Shown here piece by piece: positions 11,190 through 23,512 of a DNA stretch of 64,000 nt. The stretch is from Octopus sinensis (Eukaryota), in NCBI RefSeq assembly GCF_006345805.1, contig NW_021835470.1, forward strand, positions 6,201-70,200. The letters are read 5' to 3'. The first letter of the stretch is position 1. Each line of letters opens with the position of its first letter. Below the pieces are notes generated by a model. It ran no database searches. It was not told the origin of the DNA and was given only the letters and a program-made list of their open reading frames with translations. The position numbers and the translations under genes were made by a program.

Positions 11190-13290
11190 CACTTCCACTA
11201 TTATTAATTTTTTAACTCCCTTCTTTAACTAACTATACCTGTGGTCTTCTATAATTCTTAAGTATACAAATTATAAATTTATAATTTTATAATTTTTATA
11301 GCTACATTTGTATAATAATAATAGATGTGTCTAGTATTATTTGTTTCTTGTTTTTTGTATGTGGGTTTTTGTTTGTTTTTTAAGGGAAATGCAATATGAC
11401 ACGATATAACATATTCATTTTGGTATTTGCCTTGTAATATGTGATTTTTGAAGTTTTCTAATATTGCATAGTATATTGCATAGTATATATATATATCTTG
11501 GTTAGATACCTAGCTCTAGATAATGTAAGGATATTGTATAATATGTAATATATGAGAGCCTTTTATAAGTTTGGTGTGTTTAGGTAGAGAATATAGGTTT
11601 TTTGTATGTGTTTTTTGGATTTTTTTTATTGTATATTTGGTCTTTCTTTGTACTCACCTTAATTTGTATCTTATGCTACTCACTAATAAACCTTTTTCAT
11701 TTTTTTCATTTTTTTCATTTTTTCATTTACATACATTTGGCTTTATAAATATTACCAGCCATATATATTTAGTTTATATCTATAGTCCTCTGGATCTGTA
11801 CTTTAAATTATCCTTCCATACATATTTACTTTCAATAATATAACATATATATTCACTTTATTTATTATTTATTATTTTTTATTTTATTTTTTATTTTTAT
11901 TTTATTGTAATGTTATCAATCTCTGCATTTAGTCTTCTAATTAGTTATTTATTTGCCTATTTAAGTGTAGATGTTTACATACATATCAAGTCATCTAATT
12001 TGTTATCTATTTATTTTTTACTTATTTACTTATACTAGGGTAGTTTTATACATACATATCTATCATTTATTTTTATTTAATTTTAATAATATATTAATAC
12101 ATATATACTGGTTTGTACTTATAATATGTGTATACCGTATTTATTCCTTAGTTTTTATTCCTTCTTATTTATCTTTTCACATTTTACCTTAAGTATTTAT
12201 AATATAAATTTTTAAAAATTTCTGTGATGTTCTCATAAGCGTTTACATTAGTACTTCCCCTTCTATTTTTTAATGCCTAAACTGGTATATTATGGCATTA
12301 AATTTATTAAGTAAATAAGTGATTTATTTATAATATATAAATTAATATATATTTTATAATTTTATAATTTAGCGTACTTGGAATCATAACAAACTTACGA
12401 TAAATCTAACAACCGTATGTTTACTATGCAACAAACCGGTGTTATAAATTTTAAGTTACCCATGAAATAATTTTCTGACTTAGTAACATATGATATTAAA
12501 AATATATTTATATCTAAATTAAATATTTTATGAAATGCATGGGTGGTTCTTTTTTCGTTATTTGAGGCACAGTTATAATTTTGAAGGACTAAATGGTAGC
12601 ATAGTTGCTTCCCTTTTTGTTTATCTATGTGCTAGTTGTTGCTTGTGATTATGTATGTGTATAAGTGTATGTATATACATATAACTATGTGTGTATGTGC
12701 GATTGATCTGTAGATGCGTGTGTGAATATTGGCGTTCCGTGACTACCAACAACCGTATAATTTTCTTTTGTGATTTAAATTTCAAACCAATAGCCAATCG
12801 AATTAATCTAAATTTTCTTTACCTAGTGATCAGCATTTCTAAACTCATAGTTATTTCGATCTTGAAAGGATGGACTTGGTGCTAACTTAACTGTATCTAT
12901 TATTATTATTATTATTTTTATTATTATTATTATTATTATTAATATTAATAGTAATTTTTATTAACTTTCATAGCTTTAGAATTTTATGAACTGAACCATG
13001 GTTTTAATTATTATTTTTCATCTCCCTATGTGTTAGTTTTTTTTTTAAAAAAACTATTAGCCAAATATGTATAATATCGGTACTTATTAATATTATATAT
13101 ACACTGATATATATTTTGTTTTATTTTGTTCTGTTTACCTTCCTTTATTGTACCAATAAGTATTATATTATATAAGTGTAGCATTATGATGTATAAGTTT
13201 TTATATTTTTTATATTTTACATTTTTTATTTTTATATTTATATGTATATGGTTATATTTATTTTTCACAATTATAACAAATTTAATTTAA

Positions 13291-13402
13291 TTCTCTGAAG
13301 AGGCCGTGGGGCATCCTTGTTAATGCCTCATTTATACCTGCCTTTATGGCTTAGAGGTTAAATGAGGTATGACTGCCCTCACTGCCGAAACAGCTGTCAG
13401 TT
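13291..13402 (+). ncRNA. Type I hammerhead ribozyme with extended stem II
   Basis: CTGAAGA at 13295-13301; stem II GGC...GCC at 13302-13386; GAAA at 13387-13390; palindromic stem III AC-AGCT-GT; GTC triplet at 13396-13398; stem I ct/ag. Confidence 0.85.
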
Positions 13403-13614
13403 TTGATTTAATTGCATATTATATTTGAAAATTTTTTACTTATATCTCTTATCTTTTTACTACTATACTGTATATCTCATTTTATATAATGCCTTTACTC
13501 ATATGTAATGGTGTATTAAAGTATTGATGGGTATCATCGGATAGTTGATGTTTTATTGATTTAAGTATGTTTCTCCATTCTCTAATTTTGTAGTATTATA
13601 TATATATATATATA

Positions 13615-13803
13615 ACGGGGGTTTACGAAAATAAACAAAAGACGGAGGCACGTGGAGTACAAACAAACAAATGTATTAGTATGGCGCTCAGGTATAGAAA
13701 TAGAACGAGTTTTTACGTTCGAGCCAACGCTCTTCGACAGAGAGATACACAGGAAAAAAAAACACAGGGAGAGAAATAATGCGTGTAGGAGCTATCGATC
13801 TAA
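13615..13803 (-). mobile_element. Short non-coding insert with a minimal hammerhead-like motif (probable PLE pLTR relic), copy A
   Basis: Minus strand has CTGTCGA-A-GAGC GTTG GCTC-GAAC-GTA-AAAA. Flanked by (TA)n; homologous to the copies at ~40.1, 46.6 and 48.7 kb. Confidence 0.6.
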
Positions 13804-14029
13804 CTATATATATATATATTAATATCTATTATATATAATATATACATATATATATATTATATATATATATATCTATATATATAGATATATATATATATCA
13901 TATACATATATATATATACATATATATATATACATATATATATATACTATATATTATACATATATAATATACATATATATATATTATATACATATATATA
14001 TATAATTATATATATATATATATATAATA

Positions 14030-14062
<33 letters not shown>

Positions 14063-14067
14063 CATAC

Positions 14068-14106
<39 letters not shown>

Positions 14107-14145
14107 ATATAATATATTATATATCTAATATATATAATATATATT
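13804..14145. repeat. Long degenerate (TA)n microsatellite
   Basis: Read directly. Confidence 0.95.
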
Positions 14146-15118
14146 AGGTAGTCTGTTAGGAATTATAACCATGCTGGTAAGAAGTCTGTAACATGTTGTC
14201 TGGTTGTATCCATCCCTGATATCAATATCATTTTTTACGTAAGTTATGTGAAAGTTAAAATCGTATTACATATAAAGCGACCTAAGATAGTGGAACAGAA
14301 TATTATAACTTTTTTTATTTTTTTATTTTAAGCATCGTTTTTCCATTTCCCGGTGAGGTGAGAGAGAGAGCGCACGCGCACACACGCATTATCTGTTTGT
14401 CTGATTAATCAATATATCTAACTAAATATACACACATACATACAGACACATATGTATATATGTGGGTGTGTGTGTGTGTGTGTGTGCATAAACACACATA
14501 TGTACATACAGACGTACACATAGACGCCCACACCATCGAGCTTCCCGAATTTATATTACATTTCACGCGGAAGACTTTGGTGTACTCTGTGAAGATGTCG
14601 GTGTCCAATGCACTGAATACAGTGGTCCTCAATCGAGGACAATATTGTTGAAAAGAAGAAGAAGACATTGTTGCATTCTTCACAACAATAATTTTGTTAT
14701 ACTTCTATTCAAAGTAACAACTGACTCAAATATTGGTAGATGTTGGGACAAGGTGTGTGCGAAACAGTCTCCATATTAACAATGATGATGGTGAAAAATT
14801 AGATACAGTAAAGAGGAATTATTGAACTGGAGATCCCGCAATTCATGAGGTTTGGACGGTATTCAGGTTCGGACACGGAGAACCGTCTATAACTGTTTAC
14901 ATCAGCCGAGGCCGCCAGGTGAAGGGAGTTATGACATCCAAGCGGTACCACAAACAGCAAAGCTTCACCAGGTCGCTGCCAACCAATGAAATTTAGATTA
15001 AACGACGTTCTTCATTAGACATCTTTCCAGTAGGGACTGGGGTAAATCATTAGCTTCTGTCGATTAAACTACCACTGTTACTGTGTACTTTTTATCTTGT
15101 TTATACCGCCAAATATAC

Positions 15119-15179
<61 letters not shown>

Positions 15180-16090
15180 CGAATTTGGCTTAATTATGTG
15201 GTCAATATTTTAGTGAAAATCACTCCGTTCCAAAAGGTTGGGAAAACCTAACATGTAAGTACGTAGGCTTTCTTTCGAAAAATCCCTGCGGTGTGTAGTG
15301 AAAACACTCTATGGTGCAGGACAACTACATACATATGAATATAATGTTTTCTACAAACCACATTCTAACCTTTCATAACTACAGCTTTTGAGACAAGGGA
15401 AGTTAGGGCTGAAAGCAGACCCGTTCAAAAAATAATTTTAGCAGTGTCAAAATTTTATTGTGCGCATCAGTTGTAATTTTTGATTCGATGACTCCCTGTA
15501 TGTGCATGATTATATATGGATATTATAAACACGCGTATATGATATAATTCCGTATAAGATGCACCCCTAATTTACAAATATAATTTCCATGTGAAGCATA
15601 AAAAAAAAATTAAACATGATTTTGTGCGCGTACTTACATCTATGAAATCATATATAACACTATCCTGATTATGAAAAGAAAATAAATTAAATTTACTGTA
15701 GATGAAAGAAATAGCGAACGTTGGTTTCTGTGAATACTAGTATATGCAGACAAAGAAAATATGGCCGTAAAAAAGTAATACAAAGCAAGCGACAATGTGC
15801 AATAAAAATAAAACCGAATGAATTCCTGTACACGCAGACAATGTAAGCAAATATTTTATTAATATTAGAATACAGCAGGCATGACGGGTAAAAAGTAAGT
15901 GAATTCTAATAGAAACTGATGCTTCAGTGAATAGCATAAGATAAGTTTGCAGCGTAATGCAGTAGAAGTGATAAAAATGTGTAATAGATATATAGTTTAT
16001 CAATTGCAAAACCCAGGAAATCCTTATTCTCAGAACCAGGTAAAGCACCATCACCAACCTTGGATACATATTTTTACTGCTCGTATCAAT

Positions 16091-16474
16091 GTGGAAGCAC
16101 TCCGTCGGTTACGACGATGAGGGTTCCGGTTGATCCGATCAACGGAACAGCCTGCTCGTGAAATTAACGTGTAAGTGGCTGAGCACTCCACAGACACGTG
16201 TACCCTTAACGTAGTTCTCGGGGATATTCAGCGTGACACAGAGAGTGACAAGGCCGGCCCTTTGAAATACAGATACAACAGAAACAGGAAGTAAGAGTGA
16301 GAGAAAGTTGTGGTGAAAGAGTACAGCAGGGATCACCACCATCCCCTGCCGGAGCCTCGTGGAGCTTTAGGTGTTTTCGCTCAATAAACATTCACAACGC
16401 CCTGTCTGGGAATCGAAACCGCGATCCTACGACCGCGAGTCCGCTGCCCTAACCACTGGGCCATTGCGCCTCCT
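16091..16474 (-). mobile_element. Arg-tRNA-headed SINE, tail type B1, full length
   Basis: The head has GGACTCGCGGTC (TCG anticodon-like loop). 14-bp TSD CTGCTCGTATCAAT at 16077-16090 and 16475-16488. The tail ends GTCGTAACCGACGGAGTGCTTCCAC. Confidence 0.92.
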
Positions 16475-17987
16475 CTGCTCGTATCAATATTACATTCTCT
16501 ACATAATTTAAATTCTCTACAATTCGATCTGTGCTGTTTATATATTTTTCAGTCAATGCATCGTCCTCGGTAACGTCAAGAGGTATCAATAATGTCATAT
16601 TTTTGTAATTACCTCATAAAAGCCTTTCCCTTATGGTATTCCCTGAATTGTTATTATATACTTCTTTAATGGTAGACCTTTCCTCAATGTTTTGCAGCTC
16701 AAAATTCCCAACTTATTTTTCTTAATCCGCACGAATTCATTAAATATATTGATTGAGTTGTAAGTGACCGATAAGATCCACTTCCGTTTCAGCTGTGTCT
16801 TTATTTGTCCAATTCGGTTTCCAACAAGCTCAGTCCAAAGAGCTTTAAAAGCCGTCCTGATAATGCAGGTCTATTTAACAGCCCACCAGGACGACTGGAT
16901 TAATAATTTTCCAACAATACTGCTCGGTTCTAATATATCTTAACTTTGGATGAAACTGCGCAAGAACACCTTTCTTTGTTTAGGCGACGCTTCTTTTTCT
17001 TTTAAACATCAAAAATGGAAGCAGCTTTGTGTATCAACGTATCATTCTAAAACACCCGAAAAACATGCCCTCTTATGGCCACACATGTTAACTGGTATGC
17101 ATGTCATGCTATTTGTTACATTCTATTTGTTTATTTGTTTATTATTTATTTAATTACTTCTTTGTTATTTTGCATTAATCATATATCTATGAACTTTCTC
17201 GAGTTTATCTTCGTATTCATTCAGGAAGCATTTTCTATTCTTATTCTAGGCCTCTGCTAGAGGCTATTTTTACTTGCGAATCTGATGCTTATTCTCTGCA
17301 GCCATTGCATCTCTGTTAGTTGCTATTGGCTTTCAAAGAGAAATCATTTTTGCATCAACTGAAATAACAAAGCAACTTTCCTCAATCACCTATGTATTTA
17401 ATTCTCCAAACCCGTCCTCTAAATAATTTTCTTACATGTCAGTTGTTTTCTATATTTATCAGCTTACCTTTTATCCTGCTTTCTTCAAGCCTTTATATTT
17501 TTGTAAGTTACTGCTAGAAATATAGAAAAAAGGGTGCGAGCGGCTAATAACGATGAGCGCATGCATCAAAAGGTGTGTAAGATTTCCTCCCTCCACATGA
17601 GCTTCATTCTAATTTGGTTCACAGGTATGCCACCAATATTATAAGAGAGAGAGAGAGAGAAATCAATGCAATATGTTTATGTATAAACACACGCACATAT
17701 GCACTCACGCAATGATTTAGATTTATATTGTAATAATCAGAGCTCGTTACACACTAAGAGGTATAACATTTTATATAACTAAGAGAGCGAGAGATGTGAA
17801 TATGAATATACGATTAATCCATGTATCTATTTCAATAGGTGCATGATTTGTCGATTTGTAACTGTAGAACTCATGGTAGAACAATTTCTAAGTAAGAATA
17901 TACATTTGTGTGTGCGTAGTTGTATATGTGTACATGTACATTTGTGATGTGTGTTAATGTTCGGGAGAGCGCTTGTGAATATCACAT

Positions 17988-18018
<31 letters not shown>

Positions 18019-18675
18019 CGTATATATACACACACGGAACAAGCAAGAGAGAGAGAGAGAGAGAGATGTATAAGTAGTTTTCAATTTAATGTATTTTTGT
18101 GTTTGGGGAAATAATTTCTATTAAAAATAATACAAACCGATAATATAAGGGAAATTGAGAGAAGTGAAGTGTAATCGGTTTGTTTATTCAGTATCCAGAG
18201 AATTAAATCTGAGACTGATATTGAAAAATACATATTCATGAACATGTGTTGAGGAATTATGAAATGTTAGCAACAATACACAAACCAAATATTGCAAGCT
18301 GAAATAACGATTCTATTTTGATATGAAATATTGATGTATATATTTTGGATGAATGTAGACCGAAATATACATATGAACCGGGAAGCATGACTGGATGCGG
18401 TGCAATTTAGCGGCTTTGTAATTAGACTGGTACAATATCCTTAAGTGTCTCTCTCTGAAGAACTGGGAGACATGTGATTTTTTTTCTACCTTTCCTACCC
18501 ACTTTCTGTCTCCTACTGTTTTCCATCCACATATGAAATTCCAGTGGTCCTGCCTTCCATATTATTTGTAACCAGACACTCTAGCTATATGATATGAAAC
18601 TGTGCTGTATCTCTTTAATTTCAACCTTGTCCATTAAAAAAAGCACACTGTCCGAAATACTGGATTTTCCACTCA

Positions 18676-18762
18676 CCACTCCAAGAGCTCTGTGAGTACA
18701 AATTCAACTATGACATAAATGGGTGGGGGACATAATACACTGCCTTGTTTAACACCAGATGT
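18676..18762 (-). pseudogene. Short degraded non-LTR RT fragment (motif B region)
   Basis: TSGVKQGSVLCPPPIYVIVEFVL resembles the GVxQGxVLSP motif of LINE RTs. No other motif was found nearby. Confidence 0.4.
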
Positions 18763-18764
18763 AC

Positions 18765-18812
<48 letters not shown>

Positions 18813-19066
18813 AGTGTGTATGTATATGTGTGTGTGTGTACACGTTGACACACATGGGTCTCTGTCTGTGAGTGTGTATATAACTTCAATTTGGAAAGAA
18901 AGCAGTGATCTAACGTATTGCTTCAGGTCCTTGGTACAATTAGGTATATTTGAAAAACAAAAAGAATGACTTCACTGGTAGTGCTAATCAGTTTAATTTA
19001 TTATTATTACTACGAGATGTACTTGTATAGCAATTGACTTGATCTGAGATCATGTGCTGCAACGAA

Positions 19067-19156
<90 letters not shown>

Positions 19157-19164
19157 ATATATAT

Positions 19165-19213
<49 letters not shown>

Positions 19214-19471
19214 TAATATATATATATATATATATAAATATAAATATATATATAATATAATAAATAAATATAATATATATATATATTATATAAAAGGGCT
19301 TAGTAAAATAAATTACTTTGCCGCATACTGAACTCATTAGAAATAGCAGCAAAAAACTTTTTTAAAACTATTCTAATACTTAAAGAAAACCTCTCTCATA
19401 TAGTGTTTGCTCAATTCAACGCACGAAAGTATGGGGGTAGAGACATTAAAAAATCAAATGCAAAGGTTATT

Positions 19472-19524
19472 TGAGAACGTACGTTTCAAGATTAGTCAAA
19501 CTCGACACTTCTATCATCAGCTCA
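19472..19524 (-). ncRNA. Type I hammerhead motif (tandem-unit copy)
   Basis: Minus strand: tgag-CTGATGA-tagaagtgtcgagtttgactaatctt-GAAA-C GTAC G-TT-ctca. 4-bp stem I and palindromic stem III; the first stem II pair is non-canonical. Confidence 0.65.
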
Positions 19525-20045
19525 GAACTCCCTGGTTTGGATTTGAAAACACTGAAAGTGGGAGCATACCCTTTCGGCTTCTTATCGCTTCTGAAGATCT
19601 GCTCGAAACTAACAGTGCCAGCAAACTCAAATATGCAAGCGAAGAATTTCTGCTCTCCCCTTTCCACCAGCGTGGGTTAAAATCAGTAAACACTATGCTT
19701 TTTTCGGTAAAATCCGAGGCATTAAATAGAGAGAGATGAATTATAATTTCAACATTGAGGGTAAAATTAATTAATTAATCAATTTCACCAAGTATTCAGT
19801 ATGCAAAGGGACCATTTAAGGCGAATTCAAATTATTACATTATATAAAAGGGCTTAGTAAAATAAATTACTTTGCCGCATACTGAACTCATTAGAAATAG
19901 CAGCTAAAAAAACTTTTTTAAAACTATTTCTAATACTTAAAGAAAACCTCTCTCATATAGTGTTTGCTCAATTCAACGCACGAAAGTATGGGGGTAGAGA
20001 CATTAAAAAATCAAATGAAAAGGTTATTTGAGAACCAGGGAGTTC

Positions 20046-20098
20046 TGAGCTGATGACAGAAGTGTCGAGTTTGACTAATCTTGAAACGTACGTTCTCA
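20046..20098 (+). ncRNA. Type I hammerhead motif (inverted copy)
   Basis: CTGATGA at 20050-20056, GAAA at 20083-20086, GTT at 20092-20094, stem I tgag/ctca. Confidence 0.65.
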
Positions 20099-20378
20099 AA
20101 TAACCTTTGCATTTGATTTTTTAATGTCTCTACCCCCATACTTTCGTGCGTTGAATTGAGCAAACACTATATGAGAGAAGTTTTCTTTAAGTATTAGAAA
20201 TAGTTTTAAAAAAGTTTTTTTAGCTGCTATTTCTAATGAGTTCAGTATGCGGCAAAGTAATTTATTTTACTAAGCCCTTTTATATAATGTAATAATTTGA
20301 ATTCGCCTTAAATGGTCCCTTTGCATACTGAATACTTGGTGAAATTGATTAATTAATTAATTTTACCCTCAATTGTTG

Positions 20379-20427
<49 letters not shown>

Positions 20428-20465
20428 TGTGTGTGTGTGTGTGTGTGTGTTGTGTGTGTATAGCA

Positions 20466-20597
20466 CAGTTGAAACACTCCTGTCACAAACTGGGAACTTG
20501 AAGACTGGCTTTAATACAAAAAAGTATACTAGTCCTTTAAAATTTGATATTCAATATTTCATTTATTCAATAAGACAATCCATACTTCATTTCATTT

Positions 20598-20647
<50 letters not shown>

Positions 20648-20660
20648 TATATCCTACATT
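20466..20660. repeat. Short AT-rich dispersed repeat within microsatellites (homologous to 21895-22125)
   Basis: gttgaaacactcctgtcac...tatactag...caataagacaatc...tcatttcattttactata is shared with the 21.9-22.1 kb locus. Confidence 0.7.
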
Positions 20661-20719
20661 AATATTATAAAGAATATAAATAAAACATAAAAAACAGAGT
20701 TGGAATTCCTATTATCCTT

Positions 20720-20778
<59 letters not shown>

Positions 20779-21434
20779 CATATATATATATATCGTATGT
20801 ATGCGCGTATGTGTGTTGTACGTACGTTCCATTCTATTGTATTATTCATCTGCTACACTATCGGCCAAGAAGAAATTAGTTCAAATATTTCTGGAATAAA
20901 CATACAATGATTAGGCGTAGTGGGGTGTCTAAGTTCTCTATTAGTTCTATATCCGGCAATCTTTCATTCTGAATATCTGTATAATTTCCATCTCGTCTCT
21001 TGTATCTTGCACTTCCAGACTTCGTTCTTTCATGGGAGTATTCTGATATAGTTTAATACTAAAATCCTTCGGAGGTCTTCCTTCATGAATTCACTCACCG
21101 TTTCACTCATGTGCACTAGTTCATGTGTGTATGTGTGTGTTTAATTGTTGTCATTTATCTACACGATGATCTATATTAACATATTTTCATACGTTATGAA
21201 CCTGTTACACACACACACACACTTATTAAGACATGTACAAATACAAACTATAAACAAACGTCTGCATTGATCCCATCGATACGTAATATTGTGAAGATGA
21301 ACAGATACTACGGATATACACAGACATCTCGCGACCATAGACAAGCCCACACACGAAGACGTAGACGTACGCATTCGCACACAGGTAGATATACATACAC
21401 ACACGCACGCACGCACACACAGACGTATATATAT

Positions 21435-21726
21435 AATGGCCTAGTGGTTAGCGCAGCGGACTCGCGGTCGCAGGATCGCGGTTTCGATTCCCAGACCGGG
21501 CGTTGTGAGTGTTTATTGAGCGAAAACACCTAAAAGCTCCACGAGGCTCCGGCAGGGTGTGGTGATCCCTGCTGTACTCTTTCACCACTCTTTCTCCCAC
21601 TCTTTCTTCTGTCGGCCTGCTCGCTTAGCCAGCGGGGTGGCGTCATTCGAAGGCTAAAACAATGCGAAGTGAATTGTGACCAGCGATGCGTAACAACATC
21701 TGATGGTCTGGCCGGTCACGTGATCA

Positions 21727-21728
<2 letters not shown>
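21435..21728 (+). mobile_element. Arg-tRNA-headed SINE, tail type B2
   Basis: Collinear with 3462-3769; inserted in (TA)n. Confidence 0.88.
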
Positions 21729-21765
<37 letters not shown>

Positions 21766-21894
21766 GACGTCTTTGTGTTATCAGATGCTAACGTTTCGTA
21801 ACTGTTCGTGTTCTGTCGCTTTTTCTCTCTTCTCCGTCATAAGATTGGGTGAAGTTGACTCGGATAAAAATATATCAGATCGAGTTCAAGAAAA

Positions 21895-22125
21895 TATACT
21901 AGCCCCTTAATATTTTATATTCAATATTTCATCTGTTCAATAAGACAATCAATACTTCATTTCATTTTACTATATTTATACTATATATTCTATACTCTAC
22001 ATTAATATTGATTGTCTTATTGAACAGATGAAATATAGAATATAAAATATTAAGGGGCTAGTATACTTTCTTGCATTAAAGCCAGTTTTCAATGTCCCAG
22101 GTTGTGACAGGAGTGTTTCAACTAC
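21895..22125. repeat. Fold-back copy of the 20466 repeat (60-bp arms, 51-bp spacer)
   Basis: 21895-21954 is the reverse complement of 22006-22065 with one mismatch seen. The right arm continues as the reverse complement of 20466-20530. Confidence 0.8.
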
Positions 22126-23296
22126 ATATATATATTATACATTATATATACACGTATGATATACATTCACACCAATACATAAGCACATATACAATCATGT
22201 ACACGCCCCCACATACATACATAGTCACTTATGTACGTAGTACAAACACATCTTTATGAACATACATATATATACTCACGTATACTCTACAAAAAACCTG
22301 TGTATATTCTAATATTTCCATTAATGCTTGACAAGTTGAAGTTGTGACCTTTCTGAAGTGATTGGATTCGAAGTGTCAAAGGAATATCGGATACATATTG
22401 TCTCTGAAACGTTAACTTCGTTGAAGGATAGTAGAACTCTGTTTATTCATCTTGTGACATTTTAAATCCTAAGCATGAGAGCAAGAATCCCAGTAGATTT
22501 GAGTCGTTGACAGCGCTAATACGCGGTCGAGCCGTATTAATTCCTTAATTCGTTCAACTTTTTTTGTTTTCGTTTTAGTTTTTGTAGTTTGTGAGATGAA
22601 ATAAATTACTAGATACTGACTGGTATCGATTAATAATCATATATAACAAAACACAATATCTAGTGCAGTATATTAAAGTTCAAATATATAAGTTTCTTAT
22701 TAATTGAAATTAAATCGTTATGCATGTTTTAGTTTCCACCCATCTGCAAATAATTAATACAAATGATAGAAAGCATTGTATTCGGCGAGTCAAACCTGTG
22801 TGAATTTTATGCGAGCTACCTCGAGATACCTCATGCAAGTGCTCCTACTTATATTTGAGGAGCCTTCTCTTGTTATTCTTTTGTTCAATTCAGCAATCAT
22901 TTTTTTTTTTTTGTGTGTGATAACTTATTTATCAATCTGTCTGTATTTCTTGTTGATCTCAGCCTTTCAGTTAAATTTGTCTATTGTTTTCCGTGTTTTA
23001 TGTGTATATTTTGATTTGGCTTTGGATCTCTGTGACCATAAAAGGAATCATATCATTGCTCTATAATGTTCAACTCTTTAACAAATTTAAATGTTTTGAT
23101 TTAAACAAACTGATCTATGAAACAAAATAATGATAGTTTTGAGTGCTAGGCTTCAAACACCGTTTACAATCAAAAAAACTTAAAGACGTACCGAAATGTT
23201 TAATATGATATACACAACGACAAGAAGATAAACAAATTTAAGCATAAAGATATAAAGGATATTGACAAAACAGGGAACATAATAGGCACAACAATT

Positions 23297-23297
23297 G

Positions 23298-23335
<38 letters not shown>

Positions 23336-23415
23336 TAATAATGATAATAATAATAATAATGATAATAATGATAATAATAATGATAATAATAATGATAATG
23401 ATAATAGTAATAATG

Positions 23416-23447
<32 letters not shown>

Positions 23448-23512
23448 AATAATGATAATAATAATGATAATGATAATAATAATAATAATGATAATAATAA
23501 TAATAATAATAT
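23297..23512. repeat. (AAT)n/(GAT) microsatellite
   Basis: Read directly. It explains the poly-Asn and poly-Ile ORFs. Confidence 0.95.

Larger units (their letters stand above)
8767..13598 (+). mobile_element. 5'-truncated Penelope-like retroelement with C-terminal GIY-YIG endonuclease (probably Hydra clade), including a long AT-rich 3' tail with a hammerhead
   Basis: RT and GIY-YIG remnants in PLE order, a hammerhead at 13295-13398, and simple TA-rich repeats on both sides. The 3' boundary is inferred from the start of the (TA)n tract. Confidence 0.8.
19287..20386. mobile_element. ORF-less PLE-type insertion: 554-bp unit, partial tandem copy and inverted copy
   Basis: 19287-19840 repeats from 19841 to 20035. 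From 20033 to 20386 the sequence is the reverse complement of the unit, running across the tandem junction. Flanked by (TA)n on both sides. Confidence 0.8.

Noticed and set aside
13302-13386. Long stem II hairpin as a SECIS element
   Set aside because: There is no 5' AUGA/GA quartet at the base of a helix with an apical AA motif, and I saw no conserved in-frame UGA in the PLE ORF.
14405-15000. Higher-GC unique stretch and ORF MKNATMSSSS... as a gene start
   Set aside because: The ORF runs into a microsatellite, no motif is recognised, and neighbouring frames are closed.
16560-17100. Possible decayed coding sequence on the minus strand
   Set aside because: Multiple stops in every frame and no recognisable transposase or RT motif.
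19588-19620. Plus-strand CTGAAGA-tctgctc-GAAAC-taaca-GTG as a second, opposite-polarity hammerhead
   Set aside because: No stem II pairing, a GUG triplet and no stem I. Probably chance, though worth rechecking in the family consensus.
21785-21848. Minus-strand CTTATGA...GAAACGTT
   Set aside because: G5 is substituted, and there is no stem II or stem I.
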